A DNA stretch of 64,000 nucleotides, from NCBI GenBank assembly GCA_040954595.2, contig CM082584.2, forward strand, positions 10,262,190 to 10,326,189, read 5' to 3'. The position numbers and the translations under genes are program-made. The stretch is from Balanoglossus misakiensis. Lineage: Eukaryota; Animalia; Hemichordata. Below are positions 36,683-52,550 of this stretch, in pieces (the stretch's first letter is position 1; each line of letters begins with the position of its first letter). A model generated the notes under the pieces. It did no database searches, was not told the DNA's origin, and saw only the letters and a list, made by a program, of their open reading frames with translations.

Positions 36683-39600
36683 CACCACTTGGTGCTGTTG
36701 ATGAGAAGAACCCTAACACTATGCATTTAACTCTACTTCAGGAAATCTCGCAATTTAGATACAATAGTTGGTGTAAAACCATGCACTATGAAAAAACAGA
36801 AACAAAAAACCCAGTTGCATGCTTTCGAGCATTCGGGGAGCATTTCTCAAGGTTACAGCTCCAGTGCCACGCCCCAACTTGAATAATGATATAGTATACG
36901 AATTTTGACTATTTGTCATCTGACAGTAAATACTTTTGTATTGTTATATATTTACATCTGATATGCCCTTATATTTTATCATATATATTTTTTTTCTTAT
37001 GACCAGATGGAAAGTCTCTTGTATGATGGTTTTTTGTGAAAGAGAAACAAAAAGTAAATGATAATACGTCTCTTAAATTGTTTGAATATTGTGTGATTTT
37101 ATGGTTTTGTCATTGTTTGTGTCAAAGTTTCCCAGAAGAGGATATTTTGAGATTATTGAAAGGGTCCATCGTGTATCTGTAACAAAAGTGGTACTTGTAG
37201 TGGATGGGCATAACCATTGTGATTTGCACCATGAGTGTAAAATTGACTATAAACAATTGATCGTGAAAAGTGCTGGTAGTATGGGTAGATGCTTTATTGG
37301 AGCTAGATTTTCCACAATTGTAGGTTTTATTTGTCATGACGGGTGAGACAGGGCAAGGTTTTATGTTCTTTTAGTCTCAGACTCGTGGAGAAGGTAAAAA
37401 AAAAGAACAATTCATTCAAACCAAAGTGCTGATGGCCAAAAGACTAGTTCAGTGTTCGTAATCGGCCATGGTCATTGAATAATACTGTACTGACATCATC
37501 TAAATCAGCATAATTAACAAAATCACTTGGCTGCTTTGTGTTTAATTCTGTAGAAGTAACACTATGCAAATGACACAAATTGCATGAGTAATTTTTGCAA
37601 CTTTCACTACCAACAGATCAATGATCAACTCACATCAAGCTGTGTACGGATATAAAATGCTTGTGAATCCCTGGCAGAACAGGATTTCCACAGGAAATTG
37701 ATCAGTGTGAGACCAAATATTGGGCGTAAAATACATGATACATATATGAACCGATTTGGAGCGACTATTTTTAACTTTGCCATGCCAGCAGAAAGCAACG
37801 ACAAATTTAACTTCTGTCCTTTTCAGTTCAGAAGTAAACGAGACAGACACATGAAAACGAGCTTTGGAAAACAGATGGTTGAATCTGATGTCATTTTCAA
37901 CTACGTCGGTTAGTACGAATCCGAAACAATGTACTTCTGTGTCTGGCCTAATAATAGCCTTTTGTTACCATTGAGGACGCTTTCCTGCATACGAGTATAC
38001 CAGTAAGATTGTAGAAATGATTTGTCAGTTTTAGTATTTTAAACCTATTTCAGTTTTGAGTACATACGTGTCTAATGTCTAAAGGAAAAAAGGAATGGAA
38101 AAGTAAGTGTGTGCAGCATTGCTCGGTTGAAACATCAGCAACTAGTGATAGCAAGCAACATGTGCATTGCATCCTACCACCTTTCAGATTTATCTGTGTG
38201 CGTTGCCAAGCGAACAGGAACATGAGTGTGAACAGATAGTGAACTAAGTCGTCAGTTCGAAAATATTGGCAGTGATGACGTTAGCCCCTGCACACAATCT
38301 TGTCAACTTAAAATGCACCACTTGCACCCTCACTGAGGTACATGTATTAAAGCATGTTTATCCCCCACCCTGGACATAACGCATCATGTCTGTCCCAACA
38401 AAGGCATTCATTCCTCTATTAACTGGAATCTTCCCCAATTTACAGGCAATTTCCAACCGCAACTCATCCTCTCCCTGTCCAAAGTACACTCCACGCCCGG
38501 CCACACAAAAACAGCATTCATCGGAGTAGACAATTTCTCCAAAATAATACTCTCACTGAGCATTGACATGAAGGTCGCCTGAACAAAATTTCAGCCTGCT
38601 CCATGCGGTACCCCCCTTTGTTTCTTTAGAGCCCCCCTGGCCATATGTCACTCACAGCGAGTCATCCCTATTGTCCGTTTCGCTCTTTTCTTGTCTATTT
38701 CCAGATCCGCAGTCTTCCTTCTGTGACCTTCAGCAGAATTCAGGGACACAGAAACAATGACTGGGGGACTCTAAAGTATAATTTAGACTTACTTACGCAC
38801 ACTCGGGCTATTTGTCTTGTGATCATTTGGGACTACGATTTGTGTTTTGCAATCATTACACTGATGGTTATTATGTATGTGTTTATTTTTCATGAGATTT
38901 TAATCAGTGGGAAAAATTCTGTCTGTCTGCCCGTTTCTCTCACTTTATATAGAGAGAGAGAAACAGAGAGAAAAGGACATGTATATAATATCTGTGTCTC
39001 CATTGTTATCTTGTTGTCTTGCAATCCACTTAGTAAAAGGCCGCATAAAAAATATTCAATTCAAGCTATTTGAAACAAATGTCCAGCCGTTGCCAAGGTG
39101 GTGTTTTTTTTTCTTCTTGCGCGACAGTGTAATACCAGACGATTGTTTTTGGTTAGGTATGTCGGTGTAACAGCTACCCCCGAATTCCCGTCGTGTTTTT
39201 GAAAGGTTACTGTGTTTTTGTTTTCGAAGGATATATGTCCCTCTTTGCTGTCAGATCCGTATCCTGTCACACCCAGCCAAATTCGAGTTATTTCGCCAGT
39301 TACTTCATCAGTTGCAGTTCGTTCTTTTCTACCGTTGCTTAATACTAGTACTCCTCCCGTCTAAAAGAATTAAAAAGGTCGTGTTTAACATTGGCCGAAT
39401 TGTCTAGTTTGTGTTTGAATCTCCGTGCAGATTGCCCGCCTTGTTCACCTGGGAAGGCCAGCAGGGTGTCGGGGAGCAGGCTTTGTTTTGTGTCAGGTAC
39501 AAAGTGGTTTGGGTTTATAGTTTATTTTTCACCGGTGATTGAGTTTCACGGAGCGGGGACACCGCGGAATCCCCATTGATAAGCAGCTCCCCACTTTGTA

Positions 39601-42600
39601 CACTTAGACCCCGTGTTGACAAGCGTCGTGTTCAACCGACCCGCAAAGAAAACAACCCCGCATAAAAGTTGTTTTAGGCCCTTTGATTGAGTTTCGAAAA
39701 TTGCACAAACTTACACCACAGCCACTTTGTCTTGTAAGAGGAAAGCGGCCGCTGTGGGGCAGCTCAACCGTCCAGTTTTAAAGACGATACCCTTCAAGGG
39801 CGACAAAGGAGGCGCTATCCAGTTACCGTAATTGTACAAACTTACAGCCCCACGGATTGTGGGTGCCGAGAAAGCGTAACACGCTTCTTTTGGAGAATCG
39901 CGGACTCAGGAATCCGCTATTTGTTTTTTAACTTTTAAGCCACAATATATCCAGTTACACAAACTAACACCAAGCGGAGTGAGGTATTTCCTACCACCCA
40001 AAAGAAGTTGTCGATGGGGCGTGCATTGGCCTGTCTCCTTGGCAACCATGCGCGACGGCGTGGCTGTGTTGCGTTGGAACAACCCGCATTTCTGTCATGT
40101 GTCGTACTTAATCCAACACCTCGGTGGAGCATATCTTGAATTCTTTCCTACCTGTTAAACACCAAATCCCAAAGAAGCCAAGCTGCCCACTTAAAGAATG
40201 CCGGACCCTAGCTTGAGGCATGCTTCACAAGGGAGAGAACAGTTTTGCATTTTCCCCCCGAATTTTACTCACACAAGTAAAAATGTAAACTTAAAAACGA
40301 TAGCAGAGTCCAAATTGCAAAACGTACGCTTATCATTACTGATTTACGCGTATATAGACAGGCGCTGTCATTTATACAGCAAACGTACAACATGGCGTTG
40401 AATAATTTCTTGCAAAGACATCGGTCGTTTGATAGCGACGTAAACGCCGCTATCTCCCTTTTATATCCTCTATAAGTACGCAGTAACTCGTGTTGGTGGC
40501 CCTGTATTAATTTTTGTAATTGTGTTGTATCTTTTAATATCGAGGTATTACCTCTTATACAAATGCAAGTCAAGTCGGCTTTTTGTCAATCGAAATTCAA
40601 TCAATTCTCGTGTTTTACGATAATCGGCTTTGAGCAATGACATGTTGCTTGCTGTCGTTTCTTGCCTCTATCCGCGTAGGCTGTACTACATCCTGTCTGT
40701 TTTTATTGAACGATTTATGTGGAATATACTGTTATTATATTATTTTTTTTACTTCAGCGAACACTTGGGGCTTTTTTACGAAATGAATGCGTTTTGGAGA
40801 AGGAGTGATCGGGTTGGCGCGCTTGTAACAACACAAAAGAAGGGCTGGGTTGCTGTTACTTTGCTCCCCCAAAATAATCAGTGGCAGTTTCTCTACGAAA
40901 ACAAGCTTTTCAAAATGTTATTAAAATGTCAAAGTTCTTGAAGGACTTTGCCGCGGACTACATCCGTTAAGCAGGCAGGGGATTTGTGTATCTATGGAGT
41001 ACCTTCCAAACACAGTTTAATAACTTAGAAAACACTGCCATTTGCAAGCAAATGTACTGATCCCGCTTTTTTTTTACGATGTAACCGTTAATACGCATTG
41101 ACGAATAACGATAATACCGTTCCACGGACGCTCAGGTGTACATCCAATGGCCCAACGGCTCTCGAATTAAAGATAGGAGGGTTAATTCTTTTAAATGTTT
41201 TTTTTTGTCTGCCGAAGGAACGGTGTTTTATGACAAGCAATTTTCTGCGCGCATCGTTTATTTGCGCTTTCATCCGGTTTTGCAGAGCGGAGCCCATCAC
41301 CAAAAGGCAGATTTAACAGAGGGGGAACTAATCCTTTAAAGCGATTTCTCCGACAATATCCATGTTTTCGTTCTGTCTGATTCACATGAATTTATTAAAG
41401 ACCTTGTTATAACAAGGCAGTACGGTGTGTAATAAATAGGGCCGCTGCACATGATTGTAGAGTATGACCTTGAATCGGAGAAGCGAAGGACCACGAATCG
41501 TTGGACCAGGGTCGGTGATCTCAGCTTGTTAAACAAAGCATGCTTTACAGGAACTAGGTTACGATGTCAGAATAGACCGTTTTCCGAACTCCACTAGACA
41601 CTGCGAGATCTCGCGTGGCTAGGGCAGTTTATATTCAATTTATATTATATATTAGGGCAGCCTATATTCAATATAAAATTTAGAATTTATTTTTTTAGGT
41701 TACCTTGAGATGCCCGTTTGCCTGTTCCCTTTAGTGATTTTTCACCCCCCCCACCCGCTGTGTCACTCACACGAATTAAGTTTGATGTCTTAATAAAACA
41801 GTCAGATTTTACGTGCGCCATGTTTGCGGTGGTCATGGTGACCGGAGTCCATCCGGGAGATTCTCTGAAGGAGATGCGGTGGCGCTCATCAAACTGGGCA
41901 CGCGCGAGACGAGGAGACTTAAAACTATCAGCAGGGCACAGGAGACTCAGAAGTAACCTTTCTGTGAACGAAGGCGCTTCGAATCTCTCTCCCTCTCTCA
42001 GTCTCTCTCAAGGGCCGAAGAACTGCGAATCTCTCACGAGAGACACCACCGAAAAAGATGGATACATATAATTGAATATTAAAAGGCAAACGGGACACGA
42101 CAAACAATAAAAATGAGATTCATTCCGCTAGGCGGCATATCATAGCTTTATCACATTATTACATTTTCTACTAATTATGTACGCTACTATGAAGTTAATA
42201 GCAATGTAAAGCTAATACCACGCTTGATTTCACCTTAGACTGAACACACTTACTCGAGGGACACACAAAGTGTTGGCTTAATTGGGTTTTTGTAACTTAT
42301 TCCGGGAATCATCTTCTGGAGAGCGCTCTTGGGACCTGGGAAATAGCCGGTAAACAGTCCAACCGTTAAAGCTGAAAACGGAGAATTCCCGCCGTAAATC
42401 AATTAGATGCCCGACCACGGGGTACTTCCTCTAATGGCCTACAAATTGCCGCTGTTTATTGATTCTCTAATTCGACAACAAAAGTGCAAATCCAAATGTT
42501 TAGATAGAAAATGCAGATCTGATTTGCCCAATTACTAGTGCCATTACTACCACACCCACTCAATCAAGGGAAACACGGTTTACCTAAAATAACATTTCTT

Positions 42601-45600
42601 TCGTACCGAAGTAGGGTGGCAGAGAAAAATATGATGAGGTGGATTTGTATCGGTTATCCCACAAGCAGCGACATTTCAGCTGGCAATACAACGTGCACCT
42701 TAAAGCAGTTTATTGGTAGATAAGCGTGTACATATTTAGGTCTTGTTGCTGATCATTTTCAAGGGTAAAAATGTCACGTAGGAAATGTTTCCTTGTTTTG
42801 CGGAAGAGACATAGCTGTAGTATGACCTTCTGGGTGAAGACTGTATGTACATATGTTGATATAGCAATGACATTTGCGCGTCCGTTGGTACCAATCGTGG
42901 ATTCGAAAAGAATGTTTTCAGTAGATGTTATTCATCCTCATGGCTTATTTAGTAGTCATTATCCTTGAGATGCGGATGCCAAGTCTTCACATAGACATCA
43001 ACAACAACAAGAAAACAACAAAACATCAACAGCAGAACAACACAACACACTTTTGAACCAATCATACATTCATAATTGAGTTAGTACGAGAGATTCTTTG
43101 TCCGAGGCGTACGTACACGCTTCCCTGCTGTGCCGGCGAAATTCTACTGCTGCCGGATCGCGATCGCGATCTGTTCAGCTCTGTACGCCACGCTTTGCAC
43201 GCGAGCTTTTAATCCGGATTATGTATTTGCCCCGGTGCCAAGTCATCCAACTGGGAATGAAAAAGGACGACACAAAGGGGGAAAGTACTGGACAGTTTTG
43301 CGGCCGCCGTGCGCCTCGGCCACGAACCCTGTACATCACAACAGAGTCGGAGTGGTTTGCGTATAACGGTATTGGCTGATGTACACGGTTTGATGCAGGA
43401 TTCGTCCTATAAGGATTCTGTTTTCCCACCGACTCCCAGTTTATCCTTCCACTTCTCGTCATTAGTGCTACGAGAAGCCAACGCTTGCCAGGGCAAATTA
43501 GATGAGCAACTTCCACGCTCGCGAACGCCTCTATATTTCGACTTTCACTTTTGCAATTCTTTGCCCCCCCCCCCTCTGAAAAAGCAATCCGTTGATTTCA
43601 TCCTGTTTCTAATCTCAACAGGAGCGTGCCCCGGTAAGCATTCAGTTCTGCGCCTCCACATAATATTGCGCCACCGATTAGAATTATTGCAGTCGTTTAC
43701 ACGAGCGCTAGATTAATTGTCCACCACATGCATTATTAAATAGGTGGCATACAGCGGGAGCAGTAAAATTAATCGAGTCAGAATGGGAGCAATTGCATTG
43801 CCGTCACTCGCTCACTGTCCGCCTGGCATAAGCAGCGAGAATTAATAGCAGTTCTTCCGTGATGAGTTTGTAGGCCGTTTATTTATGACCCGTCCTTCGG
43901 CTGACATGTTGGCTGCAATTTGTTCCCAATTGAAAACAGTCACACACATTTAATAGGTGTTCCTGTCGGCCATATCCGTCGAGGGCTGACGTGGTTATTT
44001 CTTTCAAGGTGTATAACCTTGCATTATTTTCTATTTACACGATACCCATGGCGGTCTAACACCGAGCTCTCTCACTCATGGAGTTAACCCGCATGCCGTT
44101 ATTGATCTTCGTCCCGCAACACGCATTGCGCTTGTGTGCGAAATTCAAACGTTTTGGTCACAAATGAAAACACGTGCATATGCTGAGTTCAACAAGGAAA
44201 TCGTTTAAACCGCGCACACTCGAATGATTCAGTTTCAATGATGTTTCAGTCCTGTTTCTTGTATTGACACAGTTTTGTGCGCATGGGCACTAAAGGAGGA
44301 GGCGTTTGAATGTTTGTGGACGTGGTGTGAATTCAGAATTATTGTATTATTCCAGATGAACTAGAATTTAAGTTTCAACATAAGAAATCCCAGTATTGTG
44401 GAAGTTTCATAAACAAAAACAGAAAAGGGAGAAATGAGATTAAATAGCGACGTCGTATACGTAGCACGGTGTGGCTGAACAGTAAATACCACAACACCAG
44501 TATATTAAAGACAGACAACAGCAAAAATAGCAGATACACAAACGTGTGCTTCCGTTTTTTTAGAGTGCTCGTCAAGTCCGAGGGAGTAGAAATGTTCACA
44601 ATTCCGTGTTTCGGTATCTTTTGATGTTATTGTCAGCAAAATATGGATGAATTTACCGTTAACTTTAATGACTCAAGATACAGGGGATTAAATTTATAAC
44701 ATATAATTCACTCTATTGCCCCTACAAATTGTTTAAGTATTAACAATTCATGTAAGACTGTTGCGGTTTATGTCATGAGTTTCCATTTCGTGCCTTTGTG
44801 AGATCGTTATAATCTCGCCCACAATGCTGAAAGACAAGTATTATTCCAACAAAGAAATATAGCTAGAAGACCTTCCCAAGAAAGCATTTCTTTCCGATTT
44901 CCATATTGTTAAATTCTTTATACCGCAGATCCTCGTGGCCACAGGCAGGAGTAATTCAATACGAGTGCCCCCTCCTACCCCTCGCGACAGAGTCTGCGCA
45001 AAGACTCCCGGCTGTCGCGAGTTGGAACTCTGAGCTGAGTTTCCGAGTGACTAGTGTTGGTGAACTTTCGTTGTGAGAACTCCATTCTCGTGGTTGGTTC
45101 TTCGAGGTTGTCTTGTGAGACTTCTGAAGATAGTAAGAGCGAAGTTCTGTGCATTTGCCTTTGGTTTGAGTTGTTCAGTGACATTCGGAAATTGCGCCAA
45201 CGACCCGGATGTACACGTTTAAAACCGCGTAGGAAAGCATGTTTAAGGTTATCACTGACTGTTGACTTCTACGGAGCGCATAGCTCCACTGAATCGTCAC
45301 GGTGAACACATATTGTTGGATATGGCTATGCCCTTCTGTATATAGACAGTATCAAACGCGTGCATGCACACTGACCTATCAAAATATCCTCTTATTCGGC
45401 AACACACAGTGGCACACGCCAACAATCTCTAAAATCTTTAATTCCCTCATAAATTTTGTTTATCGGGGGCGAAATTGAATACCTTAGACTCCGAACGGAG
45501 AGTTCCAGCAAAGGCAACATGATACGACAATATTTCTATACCCAAGCGTCGTATAAATCCCTTAATATTTGAATGAAATACGATTCCACTTGTTTTTCCA

Positions 45601-48600
45601 TGAAAACGTTCTGTACAGGGTTTTAACCGACTGCATTGTTCGCTGTGTGTTCAGCTCTGTATAACTCTTGGCTAGGATTACACATATAAGAAATACGAAA
45701 CTGCAGTTTAATCCGGCGTACTTAAAACTTGCCAACAAAGTAGTCAATTTTTCATTGCAACAACAGGGCCTTTTACTTTTCAATCTTCCCGTGTCTTGGC
45801 GAACATCGAGTTTTTTTTTTGTCAAGACTGAGGCAACAGCGGGTATCGTGTGTCGAGTCGGCGTTGATTAAATGCAATGTCTTGTTGGAAAAGTCGTGTC
45901 GTGAACGTGTCTCAAAGATGATGCGACACAGGTATTACATGCGTTATAGATATTTGAAGATATTTAAATGCGGGGTCCCCCCTGTTTCTCGCTCGCTTTC
46001 CCGCCAAAAGGCTTGCCATCACTCCCCCCTAACCTAACGTGTACATCGTTGGGGCCACGTTTTGCAAACTATCTGGCCACTACATGACCATTCTCGTCTT
46101 TACAAGTTGATAATCAATCATCTATACCCCCAGTGTAACCATCGAGTGAGAGAGAAATACCTGCGTCACATTAATCTGTTCTGCGTTGGATGTGGCGACG
46201 CGTCACACGTACGTAAAGCTGTCATCTTGGCAAGAAACGATAATAGCGAGCTCTGTGAAAAGCACCGGGGTAATCTTTCTTTGTCAGCGGATTCTCCCCT
46301 CACGCTGCCAAACCGGGCGATAAAATGTGATATTCGTCGTTTTGGAGGCAGTTAAAGCGGTCTCCTTAACGAGAAGTTTCGCTCGAAGTTTGGCTGTTAA
46401 AAAAACCGTGCCGTGCAGTTTGATTTATATGCCGTGGCAGATGTTTTTTTTGCTGGAATGAGACAACAACCGTGTTTCATGAGAAAATTGTTAATTTAAA
46501 GAAGCTGTGGGCTATAGACAGTCGCCAGGAACAAGAAGTGTTTATGGCTTGGATGACAAAGAATGGGTTGACGTAATATTATCAAACGCGAAATCCTCAC
46601 CAATAACAGAGTAGACGAGATCTCGATTTCCTGGACCACGAGAACGATATAACTCAAATCTTCAGATCTTTTTGTTCACGCGTTCATATTTCGCTTGGCG
46701 GGGAGGAAGAATTTTGTTTGTATTGAACACAAACGCTGTGAATTAAGCTGAAAGTACTCAACCGAAAAAAAAAAAGTCGCCGTCGCTGTTTATCTCTTTA
46801 GGAAAGATATTATGAATGTGGTATTTTACAGAAATGTGAACAAAATTTTGATACTGAGGTAATCCCGAAATAGAACAGTAACTGTAATTGTAGGTTAATC
46901 GTGTGAAACGACAATTTTTGATATAACGCGAGCTTCTGTTTTTATTTTCAACCAGTGGAAAGACGAAATTCACCGATTCCGAAGCGAGCCTTCCCTGCTG
47001 CCACCGCGCGCGTCGTGTACAGGTGATGATGACGCCCTGGTACTCTGGGCCTAGAAAACGCGTTTCCACGCGCGCGCGCGCGTTGCGTTACCCTTCCACG
47101 AAAACCCCCACTGCCATATTATAAATAAAAGATGTATTTCCTGATGGTAAATCTGCTCGATGTTCCGTTCACTGCGAGAATCGACAGGGGAACAAAACAA
47201 CCAAACTGCAGAGCGGAGATAGATTTCCGAAGACTTGTCATATCGGTAAAACGCTGGCATCAAAAGACGGTGGTGGGGAGACGTCCTCGCCTTGTCCAAT
47301 GGCGCGTCGCCACCTGCTCGGACTCATCTCCGAAAAATAAGCGATGTAATCAACGTTTCCTCTGCCTTGTCAGGTTTGTAAAAAACGTCCCCGTGACTGA
47401 ATGGCTCCTTAGAAAAGATAATTTAGTCAATTTACCGACTCTGTCTACTTGTTCCACATTGACACCTGCAGAAGTTCCTGTAACTTCATACATCCTAATG
47501 AATAGGCCACTTCCGAACACGTCAAAGTTTGAAAAATATTGTTTCATGGCTCAAAGTAATTGTCTTTGAAGTACACAAACACCTGCAAGTTTTGCATCCT
47601 TTATTTATCTGCTTATGCCTTCCTCCTGACCGCATTATTTTCAGGAGTGATAAAAACGATAAAACATCGTTCCAAAAACCGACTGATAAAAATACGCATT
47701 TGTGTCTTCAAATTGAAAGGTGTGTGCATCAATATTTTACTGGCATGTCTAAGAATTAAATCGACTTACGTCTGTAGAAAATCGGTTTCCATAAAAATGG
47801 TGTATGCTGGCGCGCTTTTTTTTTCTATTTGGCCGCTGATTTCCTTGTAGAAGCAACTCATTCGACGTAGGCCGGTTTGATTCTGCTGCTTGAAGGAAAG
47901 AGAGAAAGAAAGAAAGGTTCGCGGGTGTGCGATTCTCGACCCGAGTTTCAATCACGTTTAACCAGAAATTATCCCATTGTTCTTTGTCGCTACACAAATT
48001 CATTCCGGGGGACTATTTTCGGGAGAGAGGATTAAAATAATCCCACGAGTTTCTGTTCCGTTTATTTTAATCCCCTAATTTTGCTCATCTCGTGGCGCTG
48101 TATTATCATTCTTAATAAAGGGATTGGTCGAATCCCCTTTCGCTGCTTGCCCGGCGTCTTGGCAACATCAACAGTCAAATGCTTCGAGATTAGATCGATG
48201 TATCTACCACGGAACACGGTAATGTGATGTCATCTAAATATACACAGACACACATACATGTATAGCAACCGCGTCGCTATCGATTTTGAATCACTTAAGC
48301 GCAATCATAATTGACAGTTACTTCAAACAAACACATTATTGGTAATAAGACAACAAATGATTATACCCGATAACACAGGCTGTTTAAAATGAAAAGGTGC
48401 AAGTTCATCAATACCGTCATTGACGTGTCTCAATACACCCTGATGACCTATTCAAATATTTACAAAAGAAAATTGTCACTAAACCGCCATTAATTGATTC
48501 ACACACCACCTTTTTTATCCCACGTTCTCTCTCCAGCGCCGTATTAATTTCTTTTTAAGCGCATTCTTGCCAAATCCAACAAAATCAACAGAAAATTAAT

Positions 48601-51600
48601 TATCTAAACATATTGTGAGACCGATTTTCGTGATCGGAATCACATCGATTTTTAATTAGTAGCCGTTCTTGGCTCATTGACTTCGTGAGAAATCGTCAGC
48701 GTAAGCGCTACCACCACGCAATTCACGTGTGCGTTGGCATTTTCGTCCGTCCGGCATTTCGCGGGTCCTTTGTAGTAGACCTAGTAATTCACAGAAGCAT
48801 ATTATGATAGCACAATTCATGGAAAAAATTATGTCATTAAAGATTTCCATAGGCAGCAGGTATTCAGCAGTTCAGCATGTTTCAGAAGGTGGAATATATT
48901 AGATTAGCGCCCTCAAATGAAACTGAAGTAGTCCAGGCATAATGTTAGGAGATGAATACTTACTTACCCCCATAACACCTACACCTGTCCGTAGTTTGAA
49001 TTCCAGTTACACCTTATCTGAAGGCGATTTTTTGTCTTTGTGCGTTTTTTGTGACGTTGTCCACTTTCCTCTATTTATTATACATGTCGATGTTGTAAGA
49101 TTATCCTTTATCACAGCTTAAACGTCGTGCTGTTGCTCTGTTACTTCTTTTGCTCAATTGCTGAGGGTAAATCGAAAATCGGGTCACGTGGTTATGACCT
49201 CCCGGCGGAAACTAACAGAATTCAGCAAAGTCGGTCCCCAAAAAATCATCACACATTTAGGGGAACTTTGACTGCGCGCGTTGTAATGGTTAGGATCGGC
49301 AGTTTTACCCTAAAAACACAAACGTTTGGAATACATATATTTGGAAGTCATGTAGTGCTAAGATTAAGATCTTCAGCACAAGGTATGGCATCATTATTGG
49401 ACTATTGAATGAAAGCTCACAATCAAATGATTTCTCATTTTACATGCATATACATGTGAATGCAGTTTGTCAACACAGTAAACTTTGCATGCAAATGATA
49501 TGATTCATGACTTGTTATATTACTGGTTAACGGAAATCGTTTCTCTAATTGGCCATAATTATTGTTAGGTAGCGGAAATCGGTCTTAATTTTTATGTGTG
49601 GGTGAATATATTCCGTGCGCATAACCTGACACGTAATTAACTAACGTCAGGGAGCGGTGCAATATCTGTCACATTCATTTCCAGTACTTTGTTTTGTTAG
49701 GTACCTGCATTCGCGCTCTGTACTACCCAGAACGGGGAACCTGCGCATGCGTTTGTGGCGACGGAATGAAATCCGCACTTGAACAACAGTGAGTTCGTTT
49801 TAAACCCGAAGTGCAGCCTGTATTGTTTGATTACACCCCGTCAGCTATTTTCGTACTTTGTACTTTTTTTCCTCGAAATGGTGGTTTATAAAAAAGGCTT
49901 ACCAAAGTGTGGCCACGGGCAAGTTTTCAAAAACTTACGATTTGAAATGAATAATTTACAACTTGCAAGTTAAAAATGGCCGCCGCCAGTGAGCACATTC
50001 TGGTCTCTTGTTCACGGTCACGAATTTTGATCAGGTCGTGGGAGAACATTAGATCCATTTGATGTACCCATGTAACTGTCATGAAGCTATGTGTGAACAC
50101 TATTTACCAGTAAGCTTACGTTTACATTGAAAATCCCTCGTTCTCTCAGCGTTCTTTGTCACGTGATCGGTGTTCCAAAATGGCGGTACATTTCAAAAAC
50201 ACGTGTCCGACCACCGGACATGCATCATTCGTCAGGAAAAAAATAACATAAATCGATTCCTGAACGAAACTAATATTAACACAGTAATCCCCGAAGACAA
50301 CGACTTTAGCTGTGGTCTTCGGATTCCGAATCATACCGAACGGCCAACATGCAGATCGTGCTGGCCTGGAACCATACGCTGATTTTAGTATACAATTGCA
50401 AAGTAAACCGATTACAACATGCAAGAGTGATTTTACTAATCAATTTGATTTAAATATACAAAGTAGTCCAGCATTAGTTTAGGATGTAAACAAACTCAGC
50501 CTTGTCACAAAAAATGAAGCAGAGGGTGCTTAAACTTCATTACTCTACGTCTTTCAGCATGATGGACTTCTTTAAGTAAAAAAGTAAACCCCACCCAAAG
50601 TCGGACTCTAATGGTTCATTAAATATGCATAGTGAAAATGGTTTTATTGGAAAACCATAACTTTTGCTTCCAAGGGGCCGATGAATTCATTAGAGAAACA
50701 AAATGAGAGTGAATGACATTTGACAGGTGTTCCTTCAATTACTCGTATTGTTTGTCATCAAAATTCCATCGATTCATTAGTTATGCAAATTTTGTTGCGT
50801 TGGACTTTGCACATGTTAACAGTAACGGTGTAAACGGGCGAATTTATACACCTTGAACTGTCGCCTTCACGTCCGTTTTTTTCTTCATCTCAAAATCGGA
50901 CAATCTTTTTCGGGTGAACGGTATAGTGTTCTGGCCGCGTTGTCAACAATCGATCGATAACCTGTTATTAATTTGTAAAGTGTTTTAATTTCTAATTGCT
51001 TCTTCCCTGGGCAGGTGTAAATCCCGCCGAGTGCGTTTGATTAACTCGGTCCATATAGCTCGCCAGAATATTAAAAAGAGAATAGAAAAGCCCGCTGAGC
51101 GTCACTAACAACCAAAATTTCCGCCTCTTGGTATTAATTATAGTGAGCTTTTAAGGAAATGTTTGAGCCATTTCCGATGCTTGTACACAGCGGAGTGAGC
51201 AGTAGACACAGATTAGCGGGTGTATAACAGAGACGCAGCACAAGTTTATAAATTGGCTAAATGAGACAGAAATTCGCCTGCCGGCATCATCGCTGGCGTA
51301 ATGGCGTTATTTCATCAGTGTTCCGTCGACGTCTGATTGTTCTTCTTGACAATATACGTGGTCAGAAACGCTTTAATCTCGACACCTGTGTCATTGTCGG
51401 CCGAAAAGAGCCCTCCTATATCTCGTTAAAGTTAATTTCCAAATATCGGAACACGTAGCCGGTGGTGAATGCAATTTCCTGGTTGGACACTGGGGGAAGG
51501 AAACGTGCGGGCCATTTTTTGCGCTCGATCACAATGATTTCGTTGGAACGAGAGAAAGTTGTCTGCTTTTTTTAATGTGTCGTGGCATCATAATTTATAG

Positions 51601-52550
51601 ATTTTATTGCTAGGGAAAAACTTTCACGTTGTGCTCGTCATTCACAGTTGGTCTGTCAAGCCCGACGCATGAGAAAGTAGGAACCGTCCTAGTCAGAACG
51701 CGACAGGAGCAGATCCAGTTTCACCAGTACAATGCCCGCAGGACAGAAATTCAATTTAATGAATTAGAAAATAAATTAATTGAAATGTTGAGTGGGTTTT
51801 ATGATAAAACCGTATGTGCCAAACTTGTTTTGAAAGTGACAATGTATCCCCGGCGCTCATGATAAATGGCACAAATTCGGAGAATTCACCGAACCACTTC
51901 GCAGTGTTTTTTCTTCCGAGCTCGTCATTTCTTTCAGATCTGATCTGATGTTTTATTAATGACCGCCATGTTAATTATATCAATATTGCAATGTAGCCTC
52001 GTCCCCGGAGGCGATTTTTTGATTCTATTGTGAGGCGCGGCCTCGTACACAGGGGATACGCGAAAAGCGGTCGTTCGTTACGCCGGCCGCCGTTATGCTT
52101 TCTCAAATTGCTTCAATATTCCAAAAGCATGGTTTCAACTAGCGATATGAAAACATCTGAGAATAGCGTAGATAAATACGCCGTGGGGCGCATATTTTTG
52201 TTATCTCTCCCCCACCGTTGCATGTTTTGATGCACTTTATTTTATCAACTATTGAAATGTAGGTTTTTCTTCTTCTATCGGACACAACGCCAACGCCGTT
52301 CTTGTCCCACATGATGTAATCTTCCATCAATCGAGTGACCCCGTTAACCCCCAGAAGAATGATTTCATCTCGAAAATGAAGAACGTTGACGATTTTATTG
52401 TGCTCGGGCTTGAAAGCCCTTCGTGACTCTCGACAAGTGCCCCGGATGTGGGCTTCCTTATTTTGTCCGTCCGAGCCATTTGCCCACTTTTATGTTCACC
52501 GATCTTTCACACACCATCATCGTGTGTGTGCTGAAGATCTCTAAAGAATG

